From: an uncultured Bacilli bacterium
Lineage (GTDB): Bacteria > Bacillota_I > Bacilli_A > RF39 > UBA660
DNA length: 64,000 nt
Assembly: GCA_934141145.1 (NCBI GenBank)
Contig: CAKPCA010000004.1
Span: forward strand, 802 to 64,801
Reading direction: 5' to 3'
Made by a program: the position numbers and the translations under genes. The stretch's first letter is position 1; the number at the start of each line of letters is the position of its first letter. Shown piece by piece: positions 37,299-46,891 of the stretch. The notes beneath the pieces were generated by a model, which worked only from the letters and a program-made list of their open reading frames with translations, searched no databases and was not told where the DNA came from.

Positions 37299-39200
37299 TT
37301 AATTAGTTTTTGGATAAATTTCATAAATATATGAATTTGTATTAGTATAATATTTTGAAAATCTTATTCTAGTAGCATTACTTGGAATTGTAAATTCTTT
37401 TTCTCCGTCAAATTGGTGTTCTGCATATTCATGACTTAATAATTCATCTGCATCATCATAATAATATACAAATAAATTACCTGTACTTGCTTCTGATTTT
37501 CCTCTTACAATAAATTTTTGTCCTTGCATTGATTTATCTACTAATAAATATGATTCACTAACTGCATCTGCATAATCATTATATCTATTCATAGTAATAT
37601 AAGTATTTAAATCATTATCATATACAGAATCTGATATTGCATTTGGAAAATCTGGTGTTACGCTTGTAATATATTCTTTTTCTACGTTAGATACTTTACT
37701 TTTCGCATAAATTGTACTTCCGGCAGCTATATTCTTTATTTCACCATTATATTTTTCCCATTCACCATTATCTATTTTATATTGCTTTAATTTTGCCTCT
37801 GTCGCATAAGAAATTGTTGCATCAAAACTTTTTTTAGTTATTCCATTTTTAGTTAATGTAGGATAATTTTTTACTATTTTTATACTTGAATTATAACTTG
37901 GATAAATTTCATATATATATGCTTCTGTCCAAGTATAGTATTTTGAAAATCTTATTTTTGTAGTATTAATTGGTATAGTACAATCTTTTTCACCATCAAA
38001 TTGTTTTTCTATATCTTCATGGCTTAACAAATTATCATTATTATCATAATAATATACAATTATGTTTCCTGTATTTGACGCAGTTTTGCCTCTTATAGTA
38101 AATTTTTGTCCTTGCATTGATTTATCTACTAATAAATATGGTTCACTAACTGCATCTGCATAATCATTATGTCTATTCATAGTAATATAAGTATTTAAAT
38201 CGTTATCAAAAATTTCATTACCTATAGCATCTTTTGCAACTTCTACACCACTCATATCTTTTTCTGCTATACTTGACTCTCTACCATTAGGTTTTACTGT
38301 CTTTGCATATATTTTACTTCCTGTTATGTTTATTTCTCCTGTATATTCTTTAAATTCTCCATTATCTACTCTATACATTATTTTTGATGCTTTATTTGTT
38401 TCATTACTTAATTTTAAACTTACTGAAACCTCTATACCTTTAGCAGTTAATTTAGGAAATGCACCTGTTAGTGTTATTGTTGGCTCTACTAACTCTTCTT
38501 TATCTATTTTCTTTTCTTCATATGTACTTATTCCTGCTTTTTTACTATTCTTTTCAAGCCATGCACTTACTTTTGAATTTTTTTCTAATCTTAATGTTAT
38601 TTCATTTTTTGTTACTTCTCGAGCATTATCCAAAGTTACCTCTTTATCGCCATCAAACACACTTCCGCTTTCTACTTTAAAATATTTTTTATATCCTTGT
38701 TTCTCTGGATATGTTATTACTAATGTTTTTTCTGTTGCCCATTCATCTGTATTTATTTTAAAATCTACAAATAAATCCATATCTCCACAATCATCCGCAA
38801 GTATACTAGTACTTCCCTCTTGATAACTTATTACATAATTATTTATACATACTTTAGCTGTACCTATTTTCCCTGTACTTGTTACATTTATTGTCCCTGC
38901 ACTTGGTTTATTACCTTTCATTGTTAATAAATCATTTATTTTCTTATATGTTTTACCATTTAATGTTGTTTCTTTGGAAACTTCATATGTTCCTTCTGGA
39001 ATCTTATCTGTATTATTTAAGTCTGCGTTTGCTTGATATAATCTAAATGCATCTACATATAATTTTACACTTTGTTCTGATGCACTTCTTCTTGATTTTT
39101 CTATTACATCTAATATTTTTGGTACCGCTATTAATGTTATTATTGCGAGCAAGACTATTACTGCTAAAAGCTCTATTAATGTAAATCCTTTTTTCTTCAT
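37299..39200 (-). CDS. Large (633 aa) modular protein with a type IV prepilin N-terminus and duplicated C-terminal beta-sandwich (discoidin-like) modules
   Basis: The N-terminus MKKKG/FTLIELLAVIVLLAIITLIAVPKILDVIEKS is nearly identical to that of 14109..16259. Two copies of ...DNDLNTYITMNR.NDYADAVSE.YLLVDKSMQGQKF..RGK...TGN..VYYYD....LLSHE....QFDGEK..TIP.N.T.IRFSKYYT....YIYEIYP are separated by a YKIDNGEWEKYNGEI Ig-like module. Confidence 0.7.
   Translation of the reverse strand: MKKKGFTLIELLAVIVLLAIITLIAVPKILDVIEKSRRSASEQSVKLYVDAFRLYQANADLNNTDKIPEGTYEVSKETTLNGKTYKKINDLLTMKGNKPSAGTINVTSTGKIGTAKVCINNYVISYQEGSTSILADDCGDMDLFVDFKINTDEWATEKTLVITYPEKQGYKKYFKVESGSVFDGDKEVTLDNAREVTKNEITLRLEKNSKVSAWLEKNSKKAGISTYEEKKIDKEELVEPTITLTGAFPKLTAKGIEVSVSLKLSNETNKASKIMYRVDNGEFKEYTGEINITGSKIYAKTVKPNGRESSIAEKDMSGVEVAKDAIGNEIFDNDLNTYITMNRHNDYADAVSEPYLLVDKSMQGQKFTIRGKTASNTGNIIVYYYDNNDNLLSHEDIEKQFDGEKDCTIPINTTKIRFSKYYTWTEAYIYEIYPSYNSSIKIVKNYPTLTKNGITKKSFDATISYATEAKLKQYKIDNGEWEKYNGEIKNIAAGSTIYAKSKVSNVEKEYITSVTPDFPNAISDSVYDNDLNTYITMNRYNDYADAVSESYLLVDKSMQGQKFIVRGKSEASTGNLFVYYYDDADELLSHEYAEHQFDGEKEFTIPSNATRIRFSKYYTNTNSYIYEIYPKTN
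37308..38228 (-). repeat. Internal duplication of a roughly 330-bp coding module (copies at about 37308-37640 and 37896-38228)
   Basis: Direct comparison of the DNA and protein shows the two modules are about 80% identical, with a 588-bp offset. Confidence 0.75.
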
Positions 39201-39298
39201 ATTTTCCTACTCTCCTACTATCTACATTAGTAGTATACATTTATTTTCTTTTTTATTCAAGCATATTATCTTAGCTTTACATAAAAAAGAAGCATTTT

Positions 39299-39775
39299 TT
39301 ATTTTGCTTCTTTTTGGTCTTTTTCATCAGTTATTTTTTCTTCTTTTTCGTTCTTTTCAGTAACCACTTTAGTTTCTTTTGATTTATCTTTCATAAATGC
39401 AATCATTGGATATCCAACTGCTGGTATTATTGCTGTAACTATTGCAATAGTTTGTGTTTTACCCATCTTTATTGCTAATTTATAATTTGCAATTATATAG
39501 AATACTGTATTTGCAAATGGTATAAAGATTAACCAACCTTTTAAATCTACAAATTCAAATAATACCCATTGTGAATAGAATGGAATTAAAGAAATCCAAC
39601 CTTGTTTTCCATTTTTTTCAAATATTTTCCACATTGATATTATCATTATTGCTGAAATGGCTAATGATATAATCATTGAAAATACAAAGAATATTATTAG
39701 ACCAACACCAAGTGCTCCTGCTCCTGCTGAAGAAGCAGATGTATATGCTGAACTATAATCTGTACCTATTGACAT
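39299..39775 (-). CDS. Small membrane protein, DUF5684-like
   Basis: WKIFEKNGKQGWISLIPFYSQWVLFEFVDLKGW matches the conserved core of that family. The C-terminal tail is acidic and basic. Confidence 0.45.
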   Translation of the reverse strand: MSIGTDYSSAYTSASSAGAGALGVGLIIFFVFSMIISLAISAIMIISMWKIFEKNGKQGWISLIPFYSQWVLFEFVDLKGWLIFIPFANTVFYIIANYKLAIKMGKTQTIAIVTAIIPAVGYPMIAFMKDKSKETKVVTEKNEKEEKITDEKDQKEAK

Positions 39776-39785
39776 ATTTTACCTC

Positions 39786-40907
39786 CTAATAATTTGATAG
39801 TACATACTTACCATCTGTAATTACATACTTACCATTACTTATTTTTTTAAGAACTAACATTGCATTATAATCACTATCATAATCTTTTACTGTCTCAGAA
39901 TATGTATATGTATATTTATAATTAAATGTATAACTTAATGCAACTACAACAGTATCATTAAAATCATAAACTTTAAGTACTTTAACGTCTGTTGCAGAAT
40001 AATCAGAATAATTACTATCTAATCTACTTACTAATTTTTCATAAGAATTTTTATATGTTTCTAAATTTTTAGAACTTTCATCAAAATTAGATTTTACTTC
40101 ATCCCATGATTTTTTACTATTAGCACTTGCATATATTCCTTTATAGTAGTCGGTAACAAATTTATTTACATTTTCACTATCACTAGAGAAATTAAATAAA
40201 TAATCAATTACATATTTACCATCTTTATAATCTGAAGTATATGTATAGTTGTTCTTACTTGAGGCTTTTGATTTAGAATAAGAACCGATTTCATCTTTTA
40301 TAGTAGTTTTAGCATTTTTTACTTCTATGTTATATGTACTTTTTAATACATTTTTTATTGTATATGTATTCATAGTTACATCTTCTACAGTAACTGAAGA
40401 ATATGAATTTGGATGTTTAATTTTAACATCTGTTTTTTCTTCTTTAGATTCTGATAACTTTTTACCATCTAATGTAACTGTTGTTCCTTTTGGTACACTT
40501 ATTTTAATGTCACCATTATAGAAACTATCGTCATATACATACCATTTATTTTTTATTTTAACAGTATCTATATAATAAATTTTATTATTATCTATAGCTA
40601 CTTTTACTTTTACAGTAGGATTACCATTTTCATCTGTTATTTCAGTACCAGATTCTTTTACTTTTACTTTTTTATTTCCTTCTATTGTTAAATTTTTATC
40701 TACCAATAGTTTTTTAAAGGCTTCATCTGAAAAATATGAATCTTCATGATAGAAAATACTACTCATATTTTTATAATCACCTTTACTTAGTTTTTCAACC
40801 ATTTTAGTTGCAACTTTTTCTGGGCCACTACTAGCACCACAACCAGTTAAAGTAATGGTAAATAAACCAAATACTAGAACTAGTAAAATTCTTTTTAATT
40901 TTTTCAT
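39786..40907 (-). CDS. Lipoprotein of unknown function
   Basis: It has a signal peptide with the lipobox LTGCG. The mature part is beta-rich. Confidence 0.6.
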   Translation of the reverse strand: MKKLKRILLVLVFGLFTITLTGCGASSGPEKVATKMVEKLSKGDYKNMSSIFYHEDSYFSDEAFKKLLVDKNLTIEGNKKVKVKESGTEITDENGNPTVKVKVAIDNNKIYYIDTVKIKNKWYVYDDSFYNGDIKISVPKGTTVTLDGKKLSESKEEKTDVKIKHPNSYSSVTVEDVTMNTYTIKNVLKSTYNIEVKNAKTTIKDEIGSYSKSKASSKNNYTYTSDYKDGKYVIDYLFNFSSDSENVNKFVTDYYKGIYASANSKKSWDEVKSNFDESSKNLETYKNSYEKLVSRLDSNYSDYSATDVKVLKVYDFNDTVVVALSYTFNYKYTYTYSETVKDYDSDYNAMLVLKKISNGKYVITDGKYVLSNY

Positions 40908-41062
40908 TTTTTACTTCCTTTCATTTTTTAAAATTAAATGCTTTTCTACTAAACTCACCTCTAATTCAATTATATGTGTAATTTTTATTTTTTTCAATTG
41001 TTTATTTAAAGTTTTACATTATTTAATAAAAAAAGTACATAATTTTCTTAAATTATATACTT

Positions 41063-42229
41063 TTACTTTTCCATTTCTTTATCATCAAAATCTAAAACAG
41101 ACATAACTATTGAAGTTAACAAATCAAGATCTAAATTATCATAATCTGCTATTTTTAATTCTTCTACTTTTGTTTCAAATTTATCTACCCATTTTTTTGA
41201 TACACCAAGTGCATATGCATATGGTAATATATCATAAAAATAATTTGGATTTTCTAAAACTAATGCATCTAATTTATCTTTTTCTACTTTTTCTAAATAA
41301 CTCTTAAAACCTTTTATTTTTAATATGATTTCATCGCCAAAATAAGTATTCTTTTTCATAAGTAATGTTAACAAGAAAATTAATGCAATAAATACATAAC
41401 TAAAGTAAAAAATTATATTATATTTTGGATTTAAATTAACTGCTAAAAAATAATTAAAAACTCCAAGTGTAAAACTTATACCATATAATGCTACAGATAC
41501 TATTTGCACTGTAATTGATTTTTTTGAAACAATATATTCTTTAAATTTATTATTAAGTTCATCATATACTTGTCTACATATATAAGTCATAAGCATAGTA
41601 TTACTAAAATCATTAATATTTTTATCATAAAATAAGCCATTATAAACTATTTTTTCTGTTACTGATAACTCTTTTAATTCGTTTATGTTACTAAATTTTA
41701 AATCTGATAAATCTTTTCCAATAACTTTTTGATATTTATCTCTTTCATCCTCTACATTTAAAACACATAAATTAACTAAATACTGTTTCCCATTATTTTC
41801 TATTATTTTTATATATTTTTTAGATACTAAGTTTAATATTAAAGAAATTATTAATTTTTTATCATTTACCCTAGAAATTACATAACCCATTTGTGCAGGA
41901 TCTAAATCTGCTGGAGGATAATATTCTACTGTTTTAAGTTTTTCCTTGTTATTTTTTCCAAATAATATCCATAAAATGAATGTTATTATTAAAATTATAA
42001 ATATTATTAATGAACATATTAAACTTTTATTATCATAATCGATAAATGAAGTATTTTTCATTTCCATTATTAAAGATATTATAATTAATGCTAATATTAC
42101 AATTATTGGTGCTAAAGAAGATAATATCTTTTTAAAAGGTTGCTTTGCTTCTGGAACATGTTTTTTTATCAATATCACAGAAAAAACAAAAAGTATAATT
42201 TCAATAATTAAAAATATAATAGTATTCAT
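41063..42229 (-). CDS. DUF2207-like membrane protein
   Basis: YYPPADLDPAQMGYVISRVNDKKLIISLILNLVSKKYIKI resembles the DUF2207 cytoplasmic-loop signature. There are multiple TM helices. Confidence 0.45.
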   Translation of the reverse strand: MNTIIFLIIEIILFVFSVILIKKHVPEAKQPFKKILSSLAPIIVILALIIISLIMEMKNTSFIDYDNKSLICSLIIFIILIITFILWILFGKNNKEKLKTVEYYPPADLDPAQMGYVISRVNDKKLIISLILNLVSKKYIKIIENNGKQYLVNLCVLNVEDERDKYQKVIGKDLSDLKFSNINELKELSVTEKIVYNGLFYDKNINDFSNTMLMTYICRQVYDELNNKFKEYIVSKKSITVQIVSVALYGISFTLGVFNYFLAVNLNPKYNIIFYFSYVFIALIFLLTLLMKKNTYFGDEIILKIKGFKSYLEKVEKDKLDALVLENPNYFYDILPYAYALGVSKKWVDKFETKVEELKIADYDNLDLDLLTSIVMSVLDFDDKEMEK

Positions 42230-42311
42230 AGTTTTTCTCCTTTTAAAAATTATAACATAAAAAAGACTCAGAATAAATCTTATTCTAAGTTTTTTTCATA
42301 TTTTAGTTAAC

Positions 42312-42665
42312 TTAACTATTCGCTATTTTATATTTTTTTATATTTACATTATTTTTATATGATTCAAGTGAATTTGCATCAATAAAATGATCTCCAACAT
42401 TTCCTGGACATGTTGACATCATAACTCCTTCACGCCATCCATTTTTATGAATATCTTTATCAATTTTTATTCTATTAATTAATGAATTTAATTTATCAAA
42501 TTCAACATATCCTCCATTTTCTATTTTTGCTAAAAGTACATTTTCTTTATACATTTCATAATTATATCTAAAAAATCCGTAAGATTCATCTATATCATCT
42601 TTTAACGTATCATTGATATATGTGCACTTTAGTATTGTACCAGTATATAAACCTTCTATTTTCAT
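42312..42665 (-). CDS. Hypothetical protein (117 aa)
   Basis: Clean ORF between valS and a hairpin terminator. No motif recognised. Confidence 0.4.
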   Translation of the reverse strand: MKIEGLYTGTILKCTYINDTLKDDIDESYGFFRYNYEMYKENVLLAKIENGGYVEFDKLNSLINRIKIDKDIHKNGWREGVMMSTCPGNVGDHFIDANSLESYKNNVNIKKYKIANS

Positions 42666-42677
42666 TTTAAACCTCCA

Positions 42678-45224
42678 TTATTTTAATTTTTCAAGTATAA
42701 TTGCAAGTTCTTTCTTTTCGTTTTCTAATTTTATTTTTTCTTCTTCAACTAAATTCTTTGGAGCATTATTAACATATCCTGGATTAGATAGTAATTTTTC
42801 TCTTCTTGCAATATTACTTTCTAAAGTCATTTTTTCTTTTTCTAAAGCATCTTTTTGTTTTTTATTTTCTTCTTCAGATACTTCATAATAATAAGTTAAT
42901 TTAACATTTAATTCATTTGTATTTGACTCTATTGTTACTTTACTATATTCACTATCTTGTACTTCATTATTTAATTTAAGCATATTTTTAATAATTTTTT
43001 CAGCACTTAAATTATTACATTCTAAACTATATTTAAATTCTTTTGGAATATTATTTTCTTTCTTTGTAATTCTTGATTTTGTAATAAAGTTTCTTATTTC
43101 TTCCATTAATTTTATAGTATCATCAAAGTTTAATTCTTCATTTACTTTTGGATAAGAACTAATCATAATACCTTCTGTTTCTTTTACTGGAAGCATACTA
43201 TATATTTCTTCAGTTACAAAAGGCATAAATGGATGAAGTAATTTTAAGATATTTGTTAATACATATAAAAGTGTACTTTTTGTTGATGAATTGTCCATAT
43301 TAAATTTAGAAAATTCTATATATCCATCACAGAAATCATCCCAAATAAAGTTGTATAGTTCTGTTCCTACATTTTGGAATTCATATTTATCCATATTTTT
43401 TCTAACTTCACTTATTGTTTTATTAAGTTTTGTTAATATCCATTTATCACTAAATGTAAGTGTAGAAAAATCATATCCTTTTACATTTTCTATATTCATT
43501 AATGTAAATCTTGATGCATTCCATATTTTATTTATAAAGTTCCAAGTAGATTTCATTTTTTCTTCATCAAATCTTAAATCTTGACCTGGCGCTGAATTAG
43601 TTGTTAAGAAATATCTAAGTGCATCGCATCCATATTCTTCTATCATATCCATAGGATCTATACCATTACCTAAACTTTTACTCATTTTTCTTCCATCTTT
43701 ATCACGAATAAGTCCATGTATTATGCAATCTTTAAATGGAACTTCTTTAGTAAATTCTAGTGATTGGAACATCATTCTAGATACCCAGAAGAATATAATA
43801 TCATAACCTGTTACAAGTGCATTTGTTGGATAATATCTATTAAATAAATCAGTATTATCTGGCCAGCCTAATGTACTAAATGGCCATAATGCGCTACTAA
43901 ACCAAGTATCAAGTACATCTTCATCTTGAATCCATCCTTCACCTGGTGATTCAACTTGTACTTTAACTTCATTATCTTTATACCATGCTGGTACTCTAAT
44001 ACCCCACCATAATTGTCTTGATATACACCAGTCATGACAATCATTCATCCAGTTTTCAAGTACTTTTTCGCATCTTGCTGGATAAAAGTTAACTTTATTA
44101 TCTGTTTTTTGATTTTCTAATAAATTATGTGCTAAATCACTCATCTTAACAAACCATTGTTCTGATAAATAAGGTTCTACCATTACACCTGTTCTTTCAG
44201 AATGTCCAACACTATGAGTTATTTTTTCAATATTAATAAGTAAATCTTTTTCTTTTAATTCTTCTATTAATTTTTCTCTTGCTTCAAATCTATCAAGCCC
44301 TTTATAATTTAATGCATTTTCATTCATATGAGCAGTTTCATCCATAACAACTATTCTCTCTAGGTTATGTCTATTACCTACTTCAAAGTCATTTGGATCA
44401 TGTGCAGGAGTAATTTTAACAACACCTGTACCTTTTTCCATATCAGCGTGTTCATCACCTATGATAGGTATTAATTTACCAACTATAGGTAAAATAACAT
44501 TTTTACCTATTAATTTATTATATCTTTCATCTTTAGGATTAACTGCAACTGCTGTATCACCAAATAATGTTTCTGGTCTTGTAGTTGCTACATCAAGATA
44601 ATCATTTGTTCCTTCAATATAATATTTTAAATGATAGAATGCTCCTTCTACATCTTTATATATAACTTCTTCATTAGAAAGAGCTGTTCTTGCTTCTGGA
44701 TCCCAGTTAATTATTTTTTTACCTCTATAAATAAGTCCATCGTTATACATTTTTATAAATGCATAATTTACTGCTTTTTGTGATACTTCATCTAAGGTAA
44801 ATCTTTCTTTTGAATAATCTAAACTAATACCCATTTTAGACCATTGTTTTCTTATATTATCAGCATATTCATCTTTCCATTTCCATGCTTCTTTTAAGAA
44901 GTTTTCTCTACCTAATTCATATTTATTTATTCCTTCTTTTTTTAATTTAGCAACTACTTTTGCTTCTGTTGCAATTGCGGCATGGTCCATACCTGGAAGC
45001 CATAATACATCATATCCATCCATTCTTTTATACCTACATATTATATCTTGAATTGATACATCTTGTGCATGCCCAATATGTAACTTACCTGTTATATTAG
45101 GTGGTGGAAGTACCATTGAAAATGGTGTTTTTGTTTTATCACCTGACATAAAGTAATTATTATTAAGCCAGATCTCATATTTTCCTTCTTCTACTTTTTT
45201 ATGATCATATTTAATTTCTAACAT
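42678..45224 (-). CDS. valS: Valine--tRNA ligase
   Basis: It has the HIGH motif ([14 protein letters not shown]), the KMSKS motif, a CP1 editing domain and a C-terminal coiled coil. Confidence 0.95.
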   Translation of the reverse strand: MLEIKYDHKKVEEGKYEIWLNNNYFMSGDKTKTPFSMVLPPPNITGKLHIGHAQDVSIQDIICRYKRMDGYDVLWLPGMDHAAIATEAKVVAKLKKEGINKYELGRENFLKEAWKWKDEYADNIRKQWSKMGISLDYSKERFTLDEVSQKAVNYAFIKMYNDGLIYRGKKIINWDPEARTALSNEEVIYKDVEGAFYHLKYYIEGTNDYLDVATTRPETLFGDTAVAVNPKDERYNKLIGKNVILPIVGKLIPIIGDEHADMEKGTGVVKITPAHDPNDFEVGNRHNLERIVVMDETAHMNENALNYKGLDRFEAREKLIEELKEKDLLINIEKITHSVGHSERTGVMVEPYLSEQWFVKMSDLAHNLLENQKTDNKVNFYPARCEKVLENWMNDCHDWCISRQLWWGIRVPAWYKDNEVKVQVESPGEGWIQDEDVLDTWFSSALWPFSTLGWPDNTDLFNRYYPTNALVTGYDIIFFWVSRMMFQSLEFTKEVPFKDCIIHGLIRDKDGRKMSKSLGNGIDPMDMIEEYGCDALRYFLTTNSAPGQDLRFDEEKMKSTWNFINKIWNASRFTLMNIENVKGYDFSTLTFSDKWILTKLNKTISEVRKNMDKYEFQNVGTELYNFIWDDFCDGYIEFSKFNMDNSSTKSTLLYVLTNILKLLHPFMPFVTEEIYSMLPVKETEGIMISSYPKVNEELNFDDTIKLMEEIRNFITKSRITKKENNIPKEFKYSLECNNLSAEKIIKNMLKLNNEVQDSEYSKVTIESNTNELNVKLTYYYEVSEEENKKQKDALEKEKMTLESNIARREKLLSNPGYVNNAPKNLVEEEKIKLENEKKELAIILEKLK

Positions 45225-45936
45225 ATTTATCTATCCTCTCATCCATATATTTATTTACTATATCAATTACTTCATCAAATTTTTCTTTATGATCTAAAAT
45301 ATTATAAAATATATTTAAATTTGTTTTAAATTCTTCTAAGCACTCATCATAATTTATATCAAAGGCCCAAGCAAAAGCTGTAACGATTTCATCATTTTTT
45401 GTTTTTTCATTAGTTCTTAAAATTTCTGAATGATTTCTTACTGAATTTATAATTGACTCACTTATTTCACTAATATCACTTCTTAATTTATTACTTATTC
45501 CATAAATATGCATTATATCTATTTTATCAATATCTCTAATAAGTTTTGCATGTTCCATAATTCTTTCATCTGTTATATCTTCAATTTTAAATTTATTATG
45601 ATTTTTTATTGCTAATTTTATTAATTCATAGTCATCCTTATTATCCCAAAATTTTTCGATCAATCCATCATCAAAAAGTATTTTTACTCCCAAATTTGCA
45701 TGATCAATAGTTTTTTTATCTTCAAAACTATCATATTGTTTTACTTGTTCAAATCTACCAATATCATGAAGTAATCCTATTAGGCTGGCAAGCTTTATAT
45801 CATAATCACTGAAACCTAGTTTTTTTGAATATTTTTGACTTAACTCCATAACTCTAATAGAATGATCATATTTTGATTTAATTTTAATATTATTTAAATC
45901 ATAATTACTTACATATTTTCTAAATTCTTCTATCAT
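45211..45936 (-). CDS. HD-domain phosphohydrolase family protein, first gene of the T-box/valS operon
   Basis: The preferred start is the ATG at 45936 behind GGAGGT. It carries the [12 protein letters not shown] motif. Its 3' end overlaps the valS start by 14 nt. Confidence 0.7.
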   Translation of the reverse strand: MIEEFRKYVSNYDLNNIKIKSKYDHSIRVMELSQKYSKKLGFSDYDIKLASLIGLLHDIGRFEQVKQYDSFEDKKTIDHANLGVKILFDDGLIEKFWDNKDDYELIKLAIKNHNKFKIEDITDERIMEHAKLIRDIDKIDIMHIYGISNKLRSDISEISESIINSVRNHSEILRTNEKTKNDEIVTAFAWAFDINYDECLEEFKTNLNIFYNILDHKEKFDEVIDIVNKYMDERIDKYVRN

Positions 45937-45939
45937 TTT

Positions 45940-46178
45940 TACCTCCAAAAAAGAAAAATATCCATGAATGTAAGGACGATTTTTTCGCGGTACCACCTTA
46001 CTTCATAGATATTTCTATGCTCTTTAAATATTTAACGCATATCATACGTAACATTTTAATTATATTTCAAATGTTAGGTTCATAAGCTACCTTCAAATAT
46101 TATATTTATTAGTTTTCACCAAGCACTAACTCTCTTTTAAAATATTAATATTTTACTCCTCTTAATCAAAACCTTTAT
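45940..46178 (-). promoter_or_regulatory. T-box leader with valine (GUA) specifier
   Basis: On the minus strand the stem I elements are AGAGAGTTAGTGCTTGGTGAAAAC. The specifier-loop candidate TGAAG-GTA-G has GUA at 46090-46088. The T-box sequence is AAGGTGGTACCGCG (46000-45986). A terminator-like hairpin AAAAAATCGTCC...GGATATTTTT is followed by CTTTTTT, then the RBS. Confidence 0.7.
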
Positions 46179-46184
46179 AGATAA

Positions 46185-46250
46185 ATTATATATTTTACTA
46201 GTAATTTTGTCAATATTTACTTGACAAAACATATTATAATGTGATATTAT
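46185..46250. promoter_or_regulatory. Back-to-back divergent sigma-A promoters whose -35 boxes form an inverted repeat
   Basis: Minus strand: TTGACA (46213-46208), 17 nt, TATAAT (46190-46185), leading into the Val T-box leader. Plus strand: TTGACA (46221-46226), 18 nt, TGaTATTAT (46242-46250), leading to the ORF at 46282. The inverted repeat is TTTTGTCAA-N7-TTGACAAAA. Confidence 0.5.
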
Positions 46251-46281
46251 TTCAACCGTGCCTAAAAAAGGAGGTTAAAAA

Positions 46282-46506
46282 ATGATTAATAAAAAAATTC
46301 AAAAATTACAAGATGAAATAAATATGTTAGATAATACAATTAAATATTTTTATGATAAAAAGCTTTCCAGGGGATTAAGCAGTGAAGATTATGAAAGATA
46401 TGATGTTGCAAAAAAAGCAAAAAAGAGAAAGCAAAAAGAATTAGAAGATATAATTAAAATATTTAATAATAACAATTCTATCATGTCATATACATATACT
46501 ATTTAA
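46282..46506 (+). CDS. Small hypothetical coiled-coil protein (74 aa)
   Basis: It has a strong RBS (AAAGGAGG) and a promoter upstream. No motif recognised. Confidence 0.4.
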   Translation: MINKKIQKLQDEINMLDNTIKYFYDKKLSRGLSSEDYERYDVAKKAKKRKQKELEDIIKIFNNNNSIMSYTYTI

Positions 46507-46516
46507 GTATATGTTT

Positions 46517-46891
46517 TTATTTTGTATACTGATTATTCCTTATAAATTCCCTTAAGAGCTTAGTAATTGCTCTTTTTTCTATTCTTGATACATAACTTCT
46601 AGATATATTAAGTTCTTTTGCAATTTCTTTTTGTGTTAATTCATCATAACCATTAAACCCATATCTTTTATATATAATTAGTTTTTCTCTATCTGATAAT
46701 ACATTTAAGTATTTACCTAATAATTCAATATTATTTTTTAAATGTATATCTTCTGCAAAATCTGGTTTTGGAGTCTTTAATATATCCATAAATGTTATTT
46801 CATTACCATCTTTATCATAACCTACAGATTCATCAATACTAATATTTTTACTATTTTTTTTATCACTTCTAAAGTGCATCAATATTTCATT
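46517..46891 (-). CDS. sigK: 3' segment of the split sigK gene (spoIIIC-equivalent; sigma regions 3-4)
   Basis: From codon N27 of ORF 46517..46969 it reads NEILMHFRSDKKNSKNISIDESVGYDKDGNEITFMDILK...LSDREKLIIYKRYGF....LTQKEIAKELNISRSYVSRIEKRAITKL. The 26 codons upstream (MMMIATYK...) lie inside the element and are not sigma-like. Confidence 0.85.
   Translation of the reverse strand, partial: NEILMHFRSDKKNSKNISIDESVGYDKDGNEITFMDILKTPKPDFAEDIHLKNNIELLGKYLNVLSDREKLIIYKRYGFNGYDELTQKEIAKELNISRSYVSRIEKRAITKLLREFIRNNQYTK

Noticed and set aside
39043-39240. A 65-aa minus-strand ORF at the start of the second pilin-like gene.
   Set aside because: It overlaps, out of frame, the prepilin signal-coding region. 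Its start lies upstream of the real RBS. It is an artefact.
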